A DNA stretch of 64,000 nucleotides from Clostridiales bacterium (GCA_050872745.1 JBNMHL010000001.1:36842-100841), one strand, 5' to 3'; counted from the first letter of the stretch, positions 23,582-32,419 are shown. Made by a program: numbers and translations. The notes: a model not told the origin generated them from the letters alone.

Positions 23582-24784
23582 ATGGCAAAAGCAAAGTTTG
23601 AAAGAACTAAACCACACGTAAACGTTGGTACCATTGGCCACGTTGACCACGGTAAAACAACTTTAACAGCTGCTATCACAATTACTCAAGCTGCTAAAGG
23701 TAAAGCATTAGCAATGGACTACAGTGCTATTGATAAAGCACCAGAGGAAAGACAAAGAGGTATCACAATCAATACCGCTCACGTTGAATACGAAACAGAT
23801 AAAAGACACTATGCTCACGTTGACTGCCCAGGACACGCTGACTATGTTAAAAATATGATTACTGGTGCTGCTCAAATGGATGGCGCTATCCTAGTTGTTG
23901 CTGCAACTGATGGTCCAATGCCTCAAACAAGAGAACATATCCTTCTTGCTCGTCAAGTAGGTGTTCCATACATCATCGTATTTATGAACAAAACTGACCA
24001 AGTTAATGATCCAGAACTTCTAGACTTAGTTGAAATGGAAATCAGAGATTTGCTTAACGAATATGGATTCCCAGGAGACACAACTCCAATTATCAAAGGT
24101 TCAGCTCTTAAAGCTCTTGAAGCTGCTAAAGCTGGTAACGTTGATGGTCCAGATTCAAAATGCATCGAAGAATTAATGGATGCTCTTGATTCTTATATTC
24201 CAGATCCAGAAAGAGATACTGATAAACCATTTCTTCTACCAATTGAAGACGTGTTCACAATCACAGGTCGTGGAACAGTTGCAACTGGTAGAGTTGAAAG
24301 AGGAACAGTTAAAGTTGGTGACACAGTTGAAATCGTTGGTATGAACTCTAAATTAACTTCAGTTGTTACTGGTGTTGAAATGTTCAGAAAAATGCTTGAT
24401 GCTGCCGTTGCTGGTGATAACGTTGGTTTACTTCTTCGTGGTATCCAAAGAACTGATATCGAAAGAGGACAAGTTCTTGCTAAACCAGGTACAATTCACC
24501 CACACACAGAATTCACAGCAGAAGTTTACGTTCTAAAGAAAGAAGAAGGTGGTCGTCATACTCCATTCTTCAATGGTTACAGACCTCAATTCTACTTCAG
24601 AACAACAGACGTTACAGGTTCTATTGAACTTCCACAAGGCGTTGAAATGGTTATGCCAGGTGATAACGTTAGAATGACAATCAAATTGATCACTCCAATC
24701 GCTATCGAACAAGGTTTAAGATTCGCTATCCGTGAAGGTGGTAGAACAGTTGGTTCTGGTGTAGTTTCTTCAATTATTAAATAA
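23582..24784 (+). CDS. tuf: Elongation factor Tu
   Basis: 400 aa; [27 protein letters not shown]. Confidence 0.98.
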   Translation: MAKAKFERTKPHVNVGTIGHVDHGKTTLTAAITITQAAKGKALAMDYSAIDKAPEERQRGITINTAHVEYETDKRHYAHVDCPGHADYVKNMITGAAQMDGAILVVAATDGPMPQTREHILLARQVGVPYIIVFMNKTDQVNDPELLDLVEMEIRDLLNEYGFPGDTTPIIKGSALKALEAAKAGNVDGPDSKCIEELMDALDSYIPDPERDTDKPFLLPIEDVFTITGRGTVATGRVERGTVKVGDTVEIVGMNSKLTSVVTGVEMFRKMLDAAVAGDNVGLLLRGIQRTDIERGQVLAKPGTIHPHTEFTAEVYVLKKEEGGRHTPFFNGYRPQFYFRTTDVTGSIELPQGVEMVMPGDNVRMTIKLITPIAIEQGLRFAIREGGRTVGSGVVSSIIK

Positions 24785-24800
24785 TTATTGAAAAAATTAG

Positions 24801-24833
24801 AAAAACACTTTGATTATTTCAAAGTGTTTTTTG
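24801..24833 (+). terminator. Intrinsic terminator after tuf
   Basis: AAAAACACTTTGA (24801-24813) pairs with TCAAAGTGTTTTT (24819-24831) around a 5-nt loop, and a T-run follows. Confidence 0.9.
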
Positions 24834-24886
24834 TTAACATAAAAAAATGTTTTTGCTTTAATATTGCGTGCAATAAACTTATTTAT

Positions 24887-24915
24887 TTGTTTTATTAGTG
24901 TTTATGTGTTACAAT
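24887..24915 (+). promoter_or_regulatory. Candidate extended -10 promoter of the 469-aa gene
   Basis: TTGTTT (24887-24892), 17-nt spacer, TGT-TACAAT (24907-24915). Confidence 0.45.
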
Positions 24916-24970
24916 CCTTATGAGGAGTTTTATGTGTTGTTAAAAAGTATAACACATAAATTAGAATGTT

Positions 24971-26380
24971 ATGGAAAATAGATTTATTAGAAATATTTCT
25001 CAAGATGCTCTAGTTTCTGAGAAAACCGATATTGTATTTAATTCGTTGTTAGGGGTTTACGATAATAATGGCAACTATTTTATTGCGCCAGAAATAGTTA
25101 ATGAATTAATAGGTTTTGAAAAAGCAAAAAAATATGCTTTTCAAGATTCAGTTTTTTGTGAAAGCAATATCCCCGGATTTGGTGAAATTATGTTTGAAAT
25201 AACATTTCATAAAAATCCTGAAAAAAATGAGTTTAGTGCAAAATTGTTTTTACTTGAAAATGTGTATAAAATTAATGGATATTTGCAAAATACAATTAAA
25301 ACTTTAATTTCAGAATTTAAATCTGATATGAAAGATTTTGTTGAAAAAGTATATAAAAACTATAATGTTGTTGTTGACTATGATGAAAACGGCAGAAAGA
25401 AAAAGGTGAGTGCTGAACACTTCTTAAAAACATTTTTAATGGCAAAAAAACAGTACTGTAATGCCCTTAAGAACGCAATTCAAACTGAATCTGAAAAACT
25501 ATACGGCGATTATTATAAAGCCAAAATAAAGGTTTTAAATAGGTCAAAAAACGCCTTTACCACAGATGTTTTAAGGCAATATGATAATGAATCTAAAAAG
25601 ATTGAAGGTGTTTTCTTAAAAGAAACGAAGAACAAAGATTTAAATGAATTGCTGGATAAATCAATTGAAGATATCACTCAAACAAAAGAACAAAATAAAG
25701 AGTTTGAAGAAAAATTTTTCAAAGAAATTTTGCCTGCGTTAAAAACTTTTTACTCATCAATGACTGAAACTATTGAAACTGCATCTAAAAAAGTTATGGA
25801 AAGTTTAGATAAATCTGATAGATTGAATATGAATGTTATTAAAGAAAAAGAAGATAACTTTGTTAGAACATCAAATAACGATTCAAGCCTTAGTGAATTA
25901 ATAGACTTGTTGAATCTTGAGCAACCAATATTAGATGAAAATGAGCTTGAAATGTATGAGGAAAGTCTAAAAGATTTAAGCATTGAAAACTCAGTTAATT
26001 TAGATAATGAAACCAACCAAACTACTATGCAAGATTTTGAAAATTCTGAATTGAAGCCAATCGATGCTGATTTATTAAATGAAGTTAATAAAAAACAAAA
26101 AGAGGGAAAACTAAAATTTGATAAAGTCATAAGTGGGAAAATCAAAAAATCTATATTAAATAATTCCAACTTTAAAACAATAGATAATACTATGCAAAAT
26201 CAAGAATCTGCAACTCAGGTTGATGTTCATAATGTTGTTGCAAAAGAAAAAGTTGAAGAAAAAATGCAAGAGGCGCAAGCACTTGATGGTAACACAGTTG
26301 CATCGAGCATAATCGAGAATTTAAAGGGTAAAAATAGTAATAATTCAACTCAAGATTTTGAAATTGATCGCAATATTTAA
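24971..26380 (+). CDS. Hypothetical protein (469 aa), K/E/N-rich, no recognisable domain
   Basis: Long ORF in the co-directional gene run. There is no obvious SD and no family I recognise. Confidence 0.7.
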   Translation: MENRFIRNISQDALVSEKTDIVFNSLLGVYDNNGNYFIAPEIVNELIGFEKAKKYAFQDSVFCESNIPGFGEIMFEITFHKNPEKNEFSAKLFLLENVYKINGYLQNTIKTLISEFKSDMKDFVEKVYKNYNVVVDYDENGRKKKVSAEHFLKTFLMAKKQYCNALKNAIQTESEKLYGDYYKAKIKVLNRSKNAFTTDVLRQYDNESKKIEGVFLKETKNKDLNELLDKSIEDITQTKEQNKEFEEKFFKEILPALKTFYSSMTETIETASKKVMESLDKSDRLNMNVIKEKEDNFVRTSNNDSSLSELIDLLNLEQPILDENELEMYEESLKDLSIENSVNLDNETNQTTMQDFENSELKPIDADLLNEVNKKQKEGKLKFDKVISGKIKKSILNNSNFKTIDNTMQNQESATQVDVHNVVAKEKVEEKMQEAQALDGNTVASSIIENLKGKNSNNSTQDFEIDRNI

Positions 26381-26403
26381 ACTGTGAAAATATAAGGAAA
26401 AGA

Positions 26404-26670
26404 ATGAATATGCAAAAGAAAACAAGGAATATTTTAATAGCATCAATAGTCTCAGCAATAATTGTTGTGGTGGCTTTGGTGTGTGTATTAATTTTTGCTA
26501 CTAAGCCAAAATCATTTAATTGCACAATAAATTACGCATATGGCTTAGTTCAAGAATCAACATTAAATCTTAAAAAGGGAACAAGCATTTCAGAAATAAT
26601 TCCAATAGAAATTGAAGGTTACACCTTTGATGGATATTATTTTGATCAAGAATTTAACGAAAAAGTTTAA
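26404..26670 (+). CDS. N-terminal fragment (signal-anchor plus first part of an InlB B-repeat / Flg_new domain) of an interrupted surface protein
   Basis: The TM segment is ILIASIVSAIIVVVALVCVLIFA. The fragment ends ...IEGYTFDGYYFDQEFNEKV-TAA. The next ORF is in the same frame and continues the same repeat unit. Confidence 0.8.
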   Translation: MNMQKKTRNILIASIVSAIIVVVALVCVLIFATKPKSFNCTINYAYGLVQESTLNLKKGTSISEIIPIEIEGYTFDGYYFDQEFNEKV

Positions 26671-26679
26671 GATAATTAT

Positions 26680-29550
26680 GTGATCAAAAGAAAGTTAAAT
26701 TTGTATGCAAAATACAATATTAATTATTACGCAATCACAATATCATCAAACAACACACAATATGGTTCTGTGAGTGAATCTAGCTTCGAAGCAGAATATA
26801 ATTCAATGATTACTATTGAAGGAAATAAAATTACAATTGGAAATAAGGAAATAATTGCAACACCAACGCCTAACACAATTCAAAATTCTTATGCTTTTGT
26901 TAATTGGTCAATTTCTCCAGTGTGCGAAAATGTTAAAGGAGATATAAGCATTGTGGCAAATTTTAAAGAGACCACAAACGCGTACGAGATCAAATTTTTA
27001 AACTATGATGGAACAGAACTTCAAAAGTCTAACCTAAGCTTTGGAGAAATGCCAACGTACGATGGTGCAACTCCAACAAAACCAGCAACAGCTGAATTTA
27101 CTTACACATTCTCAGGTTGGGATAAGGAAATTAGCAACGTTACAGGTGATACAACTTACACGGCTATCTTCACAAAAATTAAAAATAAGTATTTAATCAC
27201 ATTTAAAAATGAAGATGGAAGCATCATTGAAGCAAAAGAATTTGAGTATGGTACAATTCCAAATTGCTCTCAAACTCCAACAAAACCAGCAACAGCTGAA
27301 TTTACATACACATTCTCAGGATGGGATAAGGAAATTAGCAACGTTACAGGTGATGAAACTTACATAGCTATCTTTACAAAAATTAAAAATAAGTATTTAA
27401 TCACGTTTAAAAATGAAGATGGAAGTATTATTGAGACAAAAGAATTTGAGTATGGTACAATTCCAAGTTGTTCTCAAATTCCAACGAAAGAACCCACTAT
27501 TGAGTTAGCTTACACATTTAATGGTTGGTTACCGAAGGTGGTTAGCGTGACTGGTGAAGCAACATATAAAGCAACATTCAGAGAAGGAGCAAGGCAATAC
27601 ACCTACACATTCTATAACGAAGATGGTTCAAGTGTTGTTTCAACTGGTGCAGTTGATTATAATTCAATAATCCCTTTGCCACAAGATCCAATAAAAAAAG
27701 GCCATGAATTTGTTGGTTGGAGCTTAAATCCTGATGGAGAAGTTGCAGATTTGAGTAATTTTAGAGTTGTTGAAAATGTTGATATTTACGCACTTTTTAG
27801 TGTTTTAAAATATACAATAACATGTTTAAATTCTGAAAATGGAGTGCTATCATCAGAGAAATCAAAATGTGATTATGGAGATATTTCTAAATTAACTTTC
27901 ACACCAAACGAAGGCTTTATTCTTTCAGCATATTTTGTTAATGGTGAAAGAATGGAATTGCAGGCTGATGAGTTAGTTTTGGGAGTAAAAAATATATCTT
28001 TCATAATGCCGGATTCTAATGTTGAATTAACCCCAGAATTTTCAATTGCTATAAAAACAAAAGATGGTGAAACTATTAATTGGGCATACACAACAGAGAC
28101 TGAAAATGGTGAAGAATTTACATATATCAATCAAATCCCAAAGTGTGATGGGGTTAATTTTGAGATTGATATCCCGGCATTCCTTATAGATACCGATAAC
28201 GAAAACAAAGTTGTTGCAATAAATGGAGTTAGAGGTTTTAGATCTGGCCCAATTGCAAATGTGAAGGATTATAAAACAGTCAATCTTCCAACACAACCAA
28301 GTTTTAGCAGAATAGGGAAATATGCATTTAATTATTGTACTAAATTATTTAACATTAATATAACAAGCAATATATCATTTATTGGAGATGGAGCTTTTAA
28401 TAATATTGCAAAAACTGATTTTTATATTCCAAGTAGTGTTCAAGAAATAGGAGAAAATGTTTTTGGTCGAAATTCAATAACAAGTTTAATTATTTCTCCC
28501 GAAAACGATACATTCACGGATGGCGGAGTTAATGCCATAATTAATAAAAAAACAAAAACATTAGAATATGCAACAACATTAACAACATCAATTCCAGATT
28601 CTGTTTTAGTTATTGGTTCTGGGGCTTTTTCTAATTATTGTTTTTCAGGTGCTTTTGTTATTCCAAATTCAATTGTTGAAATAAAAGAATCAGCCTTCAG
28701 GTCTAGCAATTTTGAGTCAATAGTTATTCCCAGCAGTGTGGAAATTATAGGGAAAGAAGCATTTTTAATTTGCAGTAAGTTAAGTTCCATTATATTGAAT
28801 TGCAGAATAACTGAGTTAAGTTCAAGCATGTTTCGTGGGTGTGACTTACTTGAAGAAATAACCTTGCCTAGTTCTATAATCTCAGTTGGTGAAGCAGATC
28901 CTTTTGAAAGGTGTCCAAATTTAAAAAATATTAAAATTGATGGGGAAAATTCACTTTTGTCATTTGATAATAATTTATTAATTATTAATGATGGTGTTAG
29001 AAAAAAAATTATTCATCATATTACAAATTCAGAAGAAAACATTGCGATTGCTAACGATATAACTGAAATATGCGATGGAGCTTATTCATATGATGATACG
29101 ATAACAAGTGTTAATTTCCCAGGTAATGTGAAAATAGCTTCTAAAAGTGTTTTTTATCGTTGTAGCAATTTGACTTACTTAACTTTAAATGAAGGAATTG
29201 AAATAATTAAAGTGTTAGCGTTTGGTAGTAATAAAATTGAAAAACTAATAATTCCAAATTCTGTTTCCATCATTGAGGCTAGCACATTCTACACATATAG
29301 TTCATCTCTCACTACTATTATTATTGGAACGCCTGAAGGCTCAAACCTTAAGAAAATAGGAAAAACTGCTTTTGGTATGAAATCTCATACTTTTGATCTA
29401 ATAATTTACGCAAATATCCCGCCAGTATTCGATGAACCAGATTCATACATTGGAGGATTTTCTTCAATAAAGGTTCCTAGTGGCAGTGTTCAAAGTTATA
29501 AAGAAGCAGAAGGTTGGAGTAAATATGCCGATGTTATTACTGCGATTTAA
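26680..29550 (+). CDS. Main part of the interrupted surface protein: InlB-B/Flg_new-type repeats followed by BspA-type leucine-rich repeats
   Basis: The frame is open from 26671, directly after the TAA. It begins (DNY)VIKRKLNLYAKY, the canonical end of a Flg_new unit. The C-terminal half carries IP-x-SV-x-I-G-x-x-AF-x-x-C-x-x-L repeats (BspA/LRR_5 style). This part has no signal peptide of its own. Confidence 0.8.
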   Translation: MIKRKLNLYAKYNINYYAITISSNNTQYGSVSESSFEAEYNSMITIEGNKITIGNKEIIATPTPNTIQNSYAFVNWSISPVCENVKGDISIVANFKETTNAYEIKFLNYDGTELQKSNLSFGEMPTYDGATPTKPATAEFTYTFSGWDKEISNVTGDTTYTAIFTKIKNKYLITFKNEDGSIIEAKEFEYGTIPNCSQTPTKPATAEFTYTFSGWDKEISNVTGDETYIAIFTKIKNKYLITFKNEDGSIIETKEFEYGTIPSCSQIPTKEPTIELAYTFNGWLPKVVSVTGEATYKATFREGARQYTYTFYNEDGSSVVSTGAVDYNSIIPLPQDPIKKGHEFVGWSLNPDGEVADLSNFRVVENVDIYALFSVLKYTITCLNSENGVLSSEKSKCDYGDISKLTFTPNEGFILSAYFVNGERMELQADELVLGVKNISFIMPDSNVELTPEFSIAIKTKDGETINWAYTTETENGEEFTYINQIPKCDGVNFEIDIPAFLIDTDNENKVVAINGVRGFRSGPIANVKDYKTVNLPTQPSFSRIGKYAFNYCTKLFNINITSNISFIGDGAFNNIAKTDFYIPSSVQEIGENVFGRNSITSLIISPENDTFTDGGVNAIINKKTKTLEYATTLTTSIPDSVLVIGSGAFSNYCFSGAFVIPNSIVEIKESAFRSSNFESIVIPSSVEIIGKEAFLICSKLSSIILNCRITELSSSMFRGCDLLEEITLPSSIISVGEADPFERCPNLKNIKIDGENSLLSFDNNLLIINDGVRKKIIHHITNSEENIAIANDITEICDGAYSYDDTITSVNFPGNVKIASKSVFYRCSNLTYLTLNEGIEIIKVLAFGSNKIEKLIIPNSVSIIEASTFYTYSSSLTTIIIGTPEGSNLKKIGKTAFGMKSHTFDLIIYANIPPVFDEPDSYIGGFSSIKVPSGSVQSYKEAEGWSKYADVITAI
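26977..27600 (+). repeat. Intragenic tandem repeat, ~204-nt (68-aa) unit, about 3 copies
   Basis: CTCCAACAAAACCAGCAACAGCTGAATTTAC... at 27071 recurs at 27275. The protein units NKYLITFKNEDGSIIE[AT]KEFEYGTIP and TPTKPATAEFTYTFSGWDKEISNVTGD are near-identical. Confidence 0.85.
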
Positions 29551-29612
29551 TGAATTTATTTAAATCATAACTTAAAAAAACAAATAAAGTTGCAATAAAT
29601 AACATTTTATAC

Positions 29613-29642
29613 TTTACAATTTATTTGGTGTTGTGATATAAT
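29613..29642 (+). promoter_or_regulatory. Candidate extended -10 promoter
   Basis: TTTACA (29613-29618), 18-nt spacer, TGA-TATAAT (29634-29642). Confidence 0.45.
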
Positions 29643-29658
29643 TTAGTTAACAAAATAT

Positions 29659-29686
29659 AAAAAAAGAGTTTCGGCTCTTTTTTTTT
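29659..29686 (+). terminator. Weak terminator-like hairpin
   Basis: An A-run, then GAG / CTC with a TTTCGG loop, then a T9 run. The stem core has only 3 G-C pairs. Confidence 0.35.
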
Positions 29687-29696
29687 GAGTTTGTTA

Positions 29697-29725
29697 TTGA
29701 CATAATGCTTGTATTATGTTAAACT
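29697..29725 (+). promoter_or_regulatory. Sigma-A type promoter of rpmG-secE-nusG
   Basis: TTGACA (29697-29702), 17-nt spacer ending in TGT, TAAACT (29720-29725). Confidence 0.7.
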
Positions 29726-29792
29726 TAATCGCTATATTGCAAGGGTTTTGCAAGCATAGTATATTTCACTTTAATTAAGGAGAAATGGCATC

Positions 29793-29942
29793 ATGAGAGA
29801 AATTATCACATTAGCATGCACTGAGTGCAAAAGCAGAAATTATACTTCTGAAAAAAATAAGAAAAACGATCCTGATAGAATTGAATTAAAGAAGTTCTGT
29901 AAAGTCTGCAAAAAGCAAACTGCTCATAAAGAAACAAAGTAA
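29793..29942 (+). CDS. rpmG: 50S ribosomal protein bL33 (Cys4 zinc form)
   Basis: Not in the ORF track. Own translation: [60 protein letters not shown] lies upstream. Confidence 0.95.
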   Translation: MREIITLACTECKSRNYTSEKNKKNDPDRIELKKFCKVCKKQTAHKETK

Positions 29943-29966
29943 TAATCAAGGAGCACTTTTATTATT

Positions 29967-30374
29967 ATGGCAAAAAAAGAAGTTAAAAATGAAGAATTAG
30001 AAGTTCAAAATTTAAGCACTGATAATGCTGAGGTTAAAACCGAAGTTGAAGAGGCGAGTGTTTCTTCAAAAGAGGATAAAAAAGCATTAAAAAAGGCTGA
30101 AAAAGAAAGAATTAAGGCTGAGAAAGAGAATGCTAAATCAGCTGAAAAATCAAAAACTTCTAAGGCTCAGAAAAAACAAAAAACTGAAAAAAGATCGATG
30201 TTTAAGCGTTTAAAGGAAACTTCAAGCGAACTTAAAAAAGTATCTTGGCCATCTTTTGGTAAAGTTCTTAAGCAAACCGGAGTTGTTATTTTGGTTGTAA
30301 CAATTTGCACATTATTATTGTTTGGCGTTGATAAATTATTTAGTTTGATTTATGAAGTGCTAACTAAGAAGTAG
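29967..30374 (+). CDS. secE: Preprotein translocase subunit SecE with ~75-aa Lys/Glu-rich N-terminal extension
   Basis: The C-terminal part ELKKVSWPSFGKVLKQTGVVILVVTICTLLLFGVDKLF is a SecE core. Its position between rpmG and nusG fits. Confidence 0.9.
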   Translation: MAKKEVKNEELEVQNLSTDNAEVKTEVEEASVSSKEDKKALKKAEKERIKAEKENAKSAEKSKTSKAQKKQKTEKRSMFKRLKETSSELKKVSWPSFGKVLKQTGVVILVVTICTLLLFGVDKLFSLIYEVLTKK

Positions 30375-30385
30375 GAGGAAGCTTA

Positions 30386-31051
30386 ATGGAAGAAAATGAA
30401 ATTCAAGAAAATGTTGATTCTATTGAATCAGCTGAAATTTTAAACGAAACTGAATCTTCAAATGAATCAATTGAGCAAAGTCAAGCGCAAGTTGTTGATG
30501 CAAACATCACAGCTGAAAATAATGCTGATTTAGATGGCGCAAAATGGTATGTGCTTCACACGTTCTCTGGTTATGAAAATGTTGCAAAAGAAAACCTAGA
30601 AATTGTTATTGATAAGTATAATTTGCAAAATCGAATTTTCGATATCGTTATTCCAATGGAAGATGTTGTTGAAGAAAAGAATGGCAAAAAGAAAATCGTT
30701 AGCAGAAAGGTTATGCCAGGTTATATTATTGTTAAAATGATTTATGGTGATGATATTTGGCACGCTGTAACTAGAACTCGTGGAATAACTGGATTTGCAG
30801 GTCCAAAGGGAAGGCCACTAAGCTTAACTGAGGAAGAGATCAGAAAAATGAGGCTCGAAAAAGTTGCTGTTATTGATACCAATCTTGAGGTTGGCGATAA
30901 AGTTGAAGTGCTTGAAGGCGCTCTTAATGGCTTCTTAGGAACAGTTCAATCTCTAGATACCCAAGCCAATAAGTGCAGAGTTGTTGTTGAAATGTTTGGA
31001 AGAAACACACCAGTTGATTTGCTTTTAGAACAAGTTAGAAAAATTGATTAA
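30386..31051 (+). CDS. nusG: Transcription termination/antitermination factor NusG with ~50-aa acidic N-terminal extension
   Basis: WYVLHTFSGYENVAKENLE..., and a KOW region GDKVEVLEGALNGFLGTV. Confidence 0.95.
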   Translation: MEENEIQENVDSIESAEILNETESSNESIEQSQAQVVDANITAENNADLDGAKWYVLHTFSGYENVAKENLEIVIDKYNLQNRIFDIVIPMEDVVEEKNGKKKIVSRKVMPGYIIVKMIYGDDIWHAVTRTRGITGFAGPKGRPLSLTEEEIRKMRLEKVAVIDTNLEVGDKVEVLEGALNGFLGTVQSLDTQANKCRVVVEMFGRNTPVDLLLEQVRKID

Positions 31052-31113
31052 TTTATTTATGATTGTTTTCGCTTTATAGCGTTGCAATAACTTATGATGA
31101 AGATCGTAAGATA

Positions 31114-31157
31114 GTGGGAGAAATGTAAATTTTTTAATGCATTTTGTTTATACCACA
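31114..31157 (+). promoter_or_regulatory. Putative L1-binding mRNA element (23S L1-stalk mimic) upstream of rplK
   Basis: GTGGGAG (31114-31120) ... internal AAATG/CATTT hairpin ... ATACCACA (31150-31157). Confidence 0.5.
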
Positions 31158-31183
31158 TTAGCCACACGGCAGGAGGAAATTTT

Positions 31184-31612
31184 ATGGCACAAGCTAAAAT
31201 TAATGCAATTGTTAAATTGCAATTACCAGCAGGAAAGGCAACTGCAGGTCCACCAGTTGGTTCATCTTTAGGACCTCACGGAATTAATATTCCAGCATTC
31301 ACAAAGGAATTTAACGAAAAAACCGCATCTCAAGAAGGTTTAATTATTCCAGTTGTTGTTACTATCTTTGCTGATAGATCATTCAAAATGGTTTTAAAAA
31401 CACCACCAGCAGCTGTTCTTATTAAGAAGGCTTGCGGAATTGAATCTGGTTCTGCAAATTCTATTAAAACTAAAGTTGCTCAAATCACTAAAGCACAAGT
31501 TAAAGAAATTGCTGAATTGAAAATGCCAGACTTAAATGCAGGATCATTAGAATCAGCTATGAGCATGGTTGAAGGTACTTGCAGAAGTATGGGTGTTACT
31601 GTTATTGATTAA
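31184..31612 (+). CDS. rplK: 50S ribosomal protein uL11
   Basis: [26 protein letters not shown]. Confidence 0.98.
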   Translation: MAQAKINAIVKLQLPAGKATAGPPVGSSLGPHGINIPAFTKEFNEKTASQEGLIIPVVVTIFADRSFKMVLKTPPAAVLIKKACGIESGSANSIKTKVAQITKAQVKEIAELKMPDLNAGSLESAMSMVEGTCRSMGVTVID

Positions 31613-31615
31613 TAA

Positions 31616-31658
31616 GTGGGAGAATAAAAAATCTTTAATTTATTCGTTTATCACCACA
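31616..31658 (+). promoter_or_regulatory. Second putative L1-binding element in the rplK-rplA spacer
   Basis: GTGGGAG (31616-31622) ... ATCACCACA (31650-31658). The outer strands and spacing match the element at 31114. Confidence 0.5.
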
Positions 31659-31673
31659 AAGGAGATTTAAATT

Positions 31674-32363
31674 ATGAAAAAAGGTAAAAGATATGCCGAA
31701 AGTGCTAAACTAGTAGACAAAACAAAAACTTATGATGTTGCAACTGGTTTAGATTTAGTTTTGCAAACTGCAAAAGCAAAGTTCGGTGAAACTGTTGAAC
31801 TTCATGTTAAATTAGGTGTTGATGGTAGAAATGCTGATCAACAAGTTAGAGGAGTTGTTGTTCTTCCTCATGGAACTGGAAAAACTTTAAAAGTTTTAGT
31901 TATTGCTAAAGGCGATAACGCTGAAATAGCTGAAGAAGCTGGCGCTGATTATGTTGGTGCAGAAGAAATGATAAGCAAAATTCAAACTCAAAACTGGTTT
32001 GATTTTGATGTTATCGTAACCACTCCAGATATGATGCCATTACTTGGTAGAATCGCTAAAATCTTAGGACCAAAGGGATTAATGCCAAGCCCAAAGAGTG
32101 GAACTGTTACTATGGATGTTAAGAAAGCAATTTCTGAAATCAAGGCTGGTAAAGTTGAATATCGTTTAGATAAAACAAATATCATTCACGTTAGAATCGG
32201 TAAAGTATCATTCGGTTTAGAAAAACTTCAAGATAACTTAAACACAGTTATGGAAGCTTTAATCAAAGCTAAACCAGCTGCTGCAAAAGGAACATACATC
32301 AAGAGTTCATATGTTAGCTCAACTATGGGGCCAGGAATTAAAATTGAATACAAGCAAAACTAA
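31674..32363 (+). CDS. rplA: 50S ribosomal protein uL1
   Basis: 229 aa; [27 protein letters not shown]. Confidence 0.98.
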   Translation: MKKGKRYAESAKLVDKTKTYDVATGLDLVLQTAKAKFGETVELHVKLGVDGRNADQQVRGVVVLPHGTGKTLKVLVIAKGDNAEIAEEAGADYVGAEEMISKIQTQNWFDFDVIVTTPDMMPLLGRIAKILGPKGLMPSPKSGTVTMDVKKAISEIKAGKVEYRLDKTNIIHVRIGKVSFGLEKLQDNLNTVMEALIKAKPAAAKGTYIKSSYVSSTMGPGIKIEYKQN

Positions 32364-32386
32364 TTAGCTTTATTTGAATTTAGTTC

Positions 32387-32415
32387 TTGACAAATCTATA
32401 TTATTATAGTAAAAT
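32387..32415 (+). promoter_or_regulatory. Sigma-A type promoter of rplJL
   Basis: TTGACA (32387-32392), 17-nt spacer, TAAAAT (32410-32415). Confidence 0.7.
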
Positions 32416-32419
32416 ATAC

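Noticed and set aside
21509-24165. ORFs overlapping fusA and tuf on other frames or strands.
   Set aside because: They lie inside highly conserved EF-G and EF-Tu coding sequence and are artefacts of AT-rich sequence.
24901-24960. The 10-mer TTTATGTGTT occurs twice (24901, 24928) and its complement AACACATAAA once (24951). A mini-ORF ATG-TGT-TGT-TAA sits behind GAGGAG. I considered a leader-peptide or alternative-hairpin switch.
   Set aside because: The best promoter (TGT-TACAAT at 24907-24915) overlaps the first copy, so that copy is probably not transcribed. What remains is a simple 5'-UTR hairpin. The downstream gene has no known link to cysteine. Evidence is too thin.
29613-29690. A strong-looking promoter (TTTACA-N18-TGATATAAT) is followed within ~20 nt by a terminator-like hairpin. 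I considered a ~40-nt small RNA.
   Set aside because: The hairpin has only 3 G-C pairs and more plausibly terminates the upstream surface-protein gene. The promoter may simply be a second, upstream promoter of rpmG-secE-nusG. There is no independent support for an sRNA.
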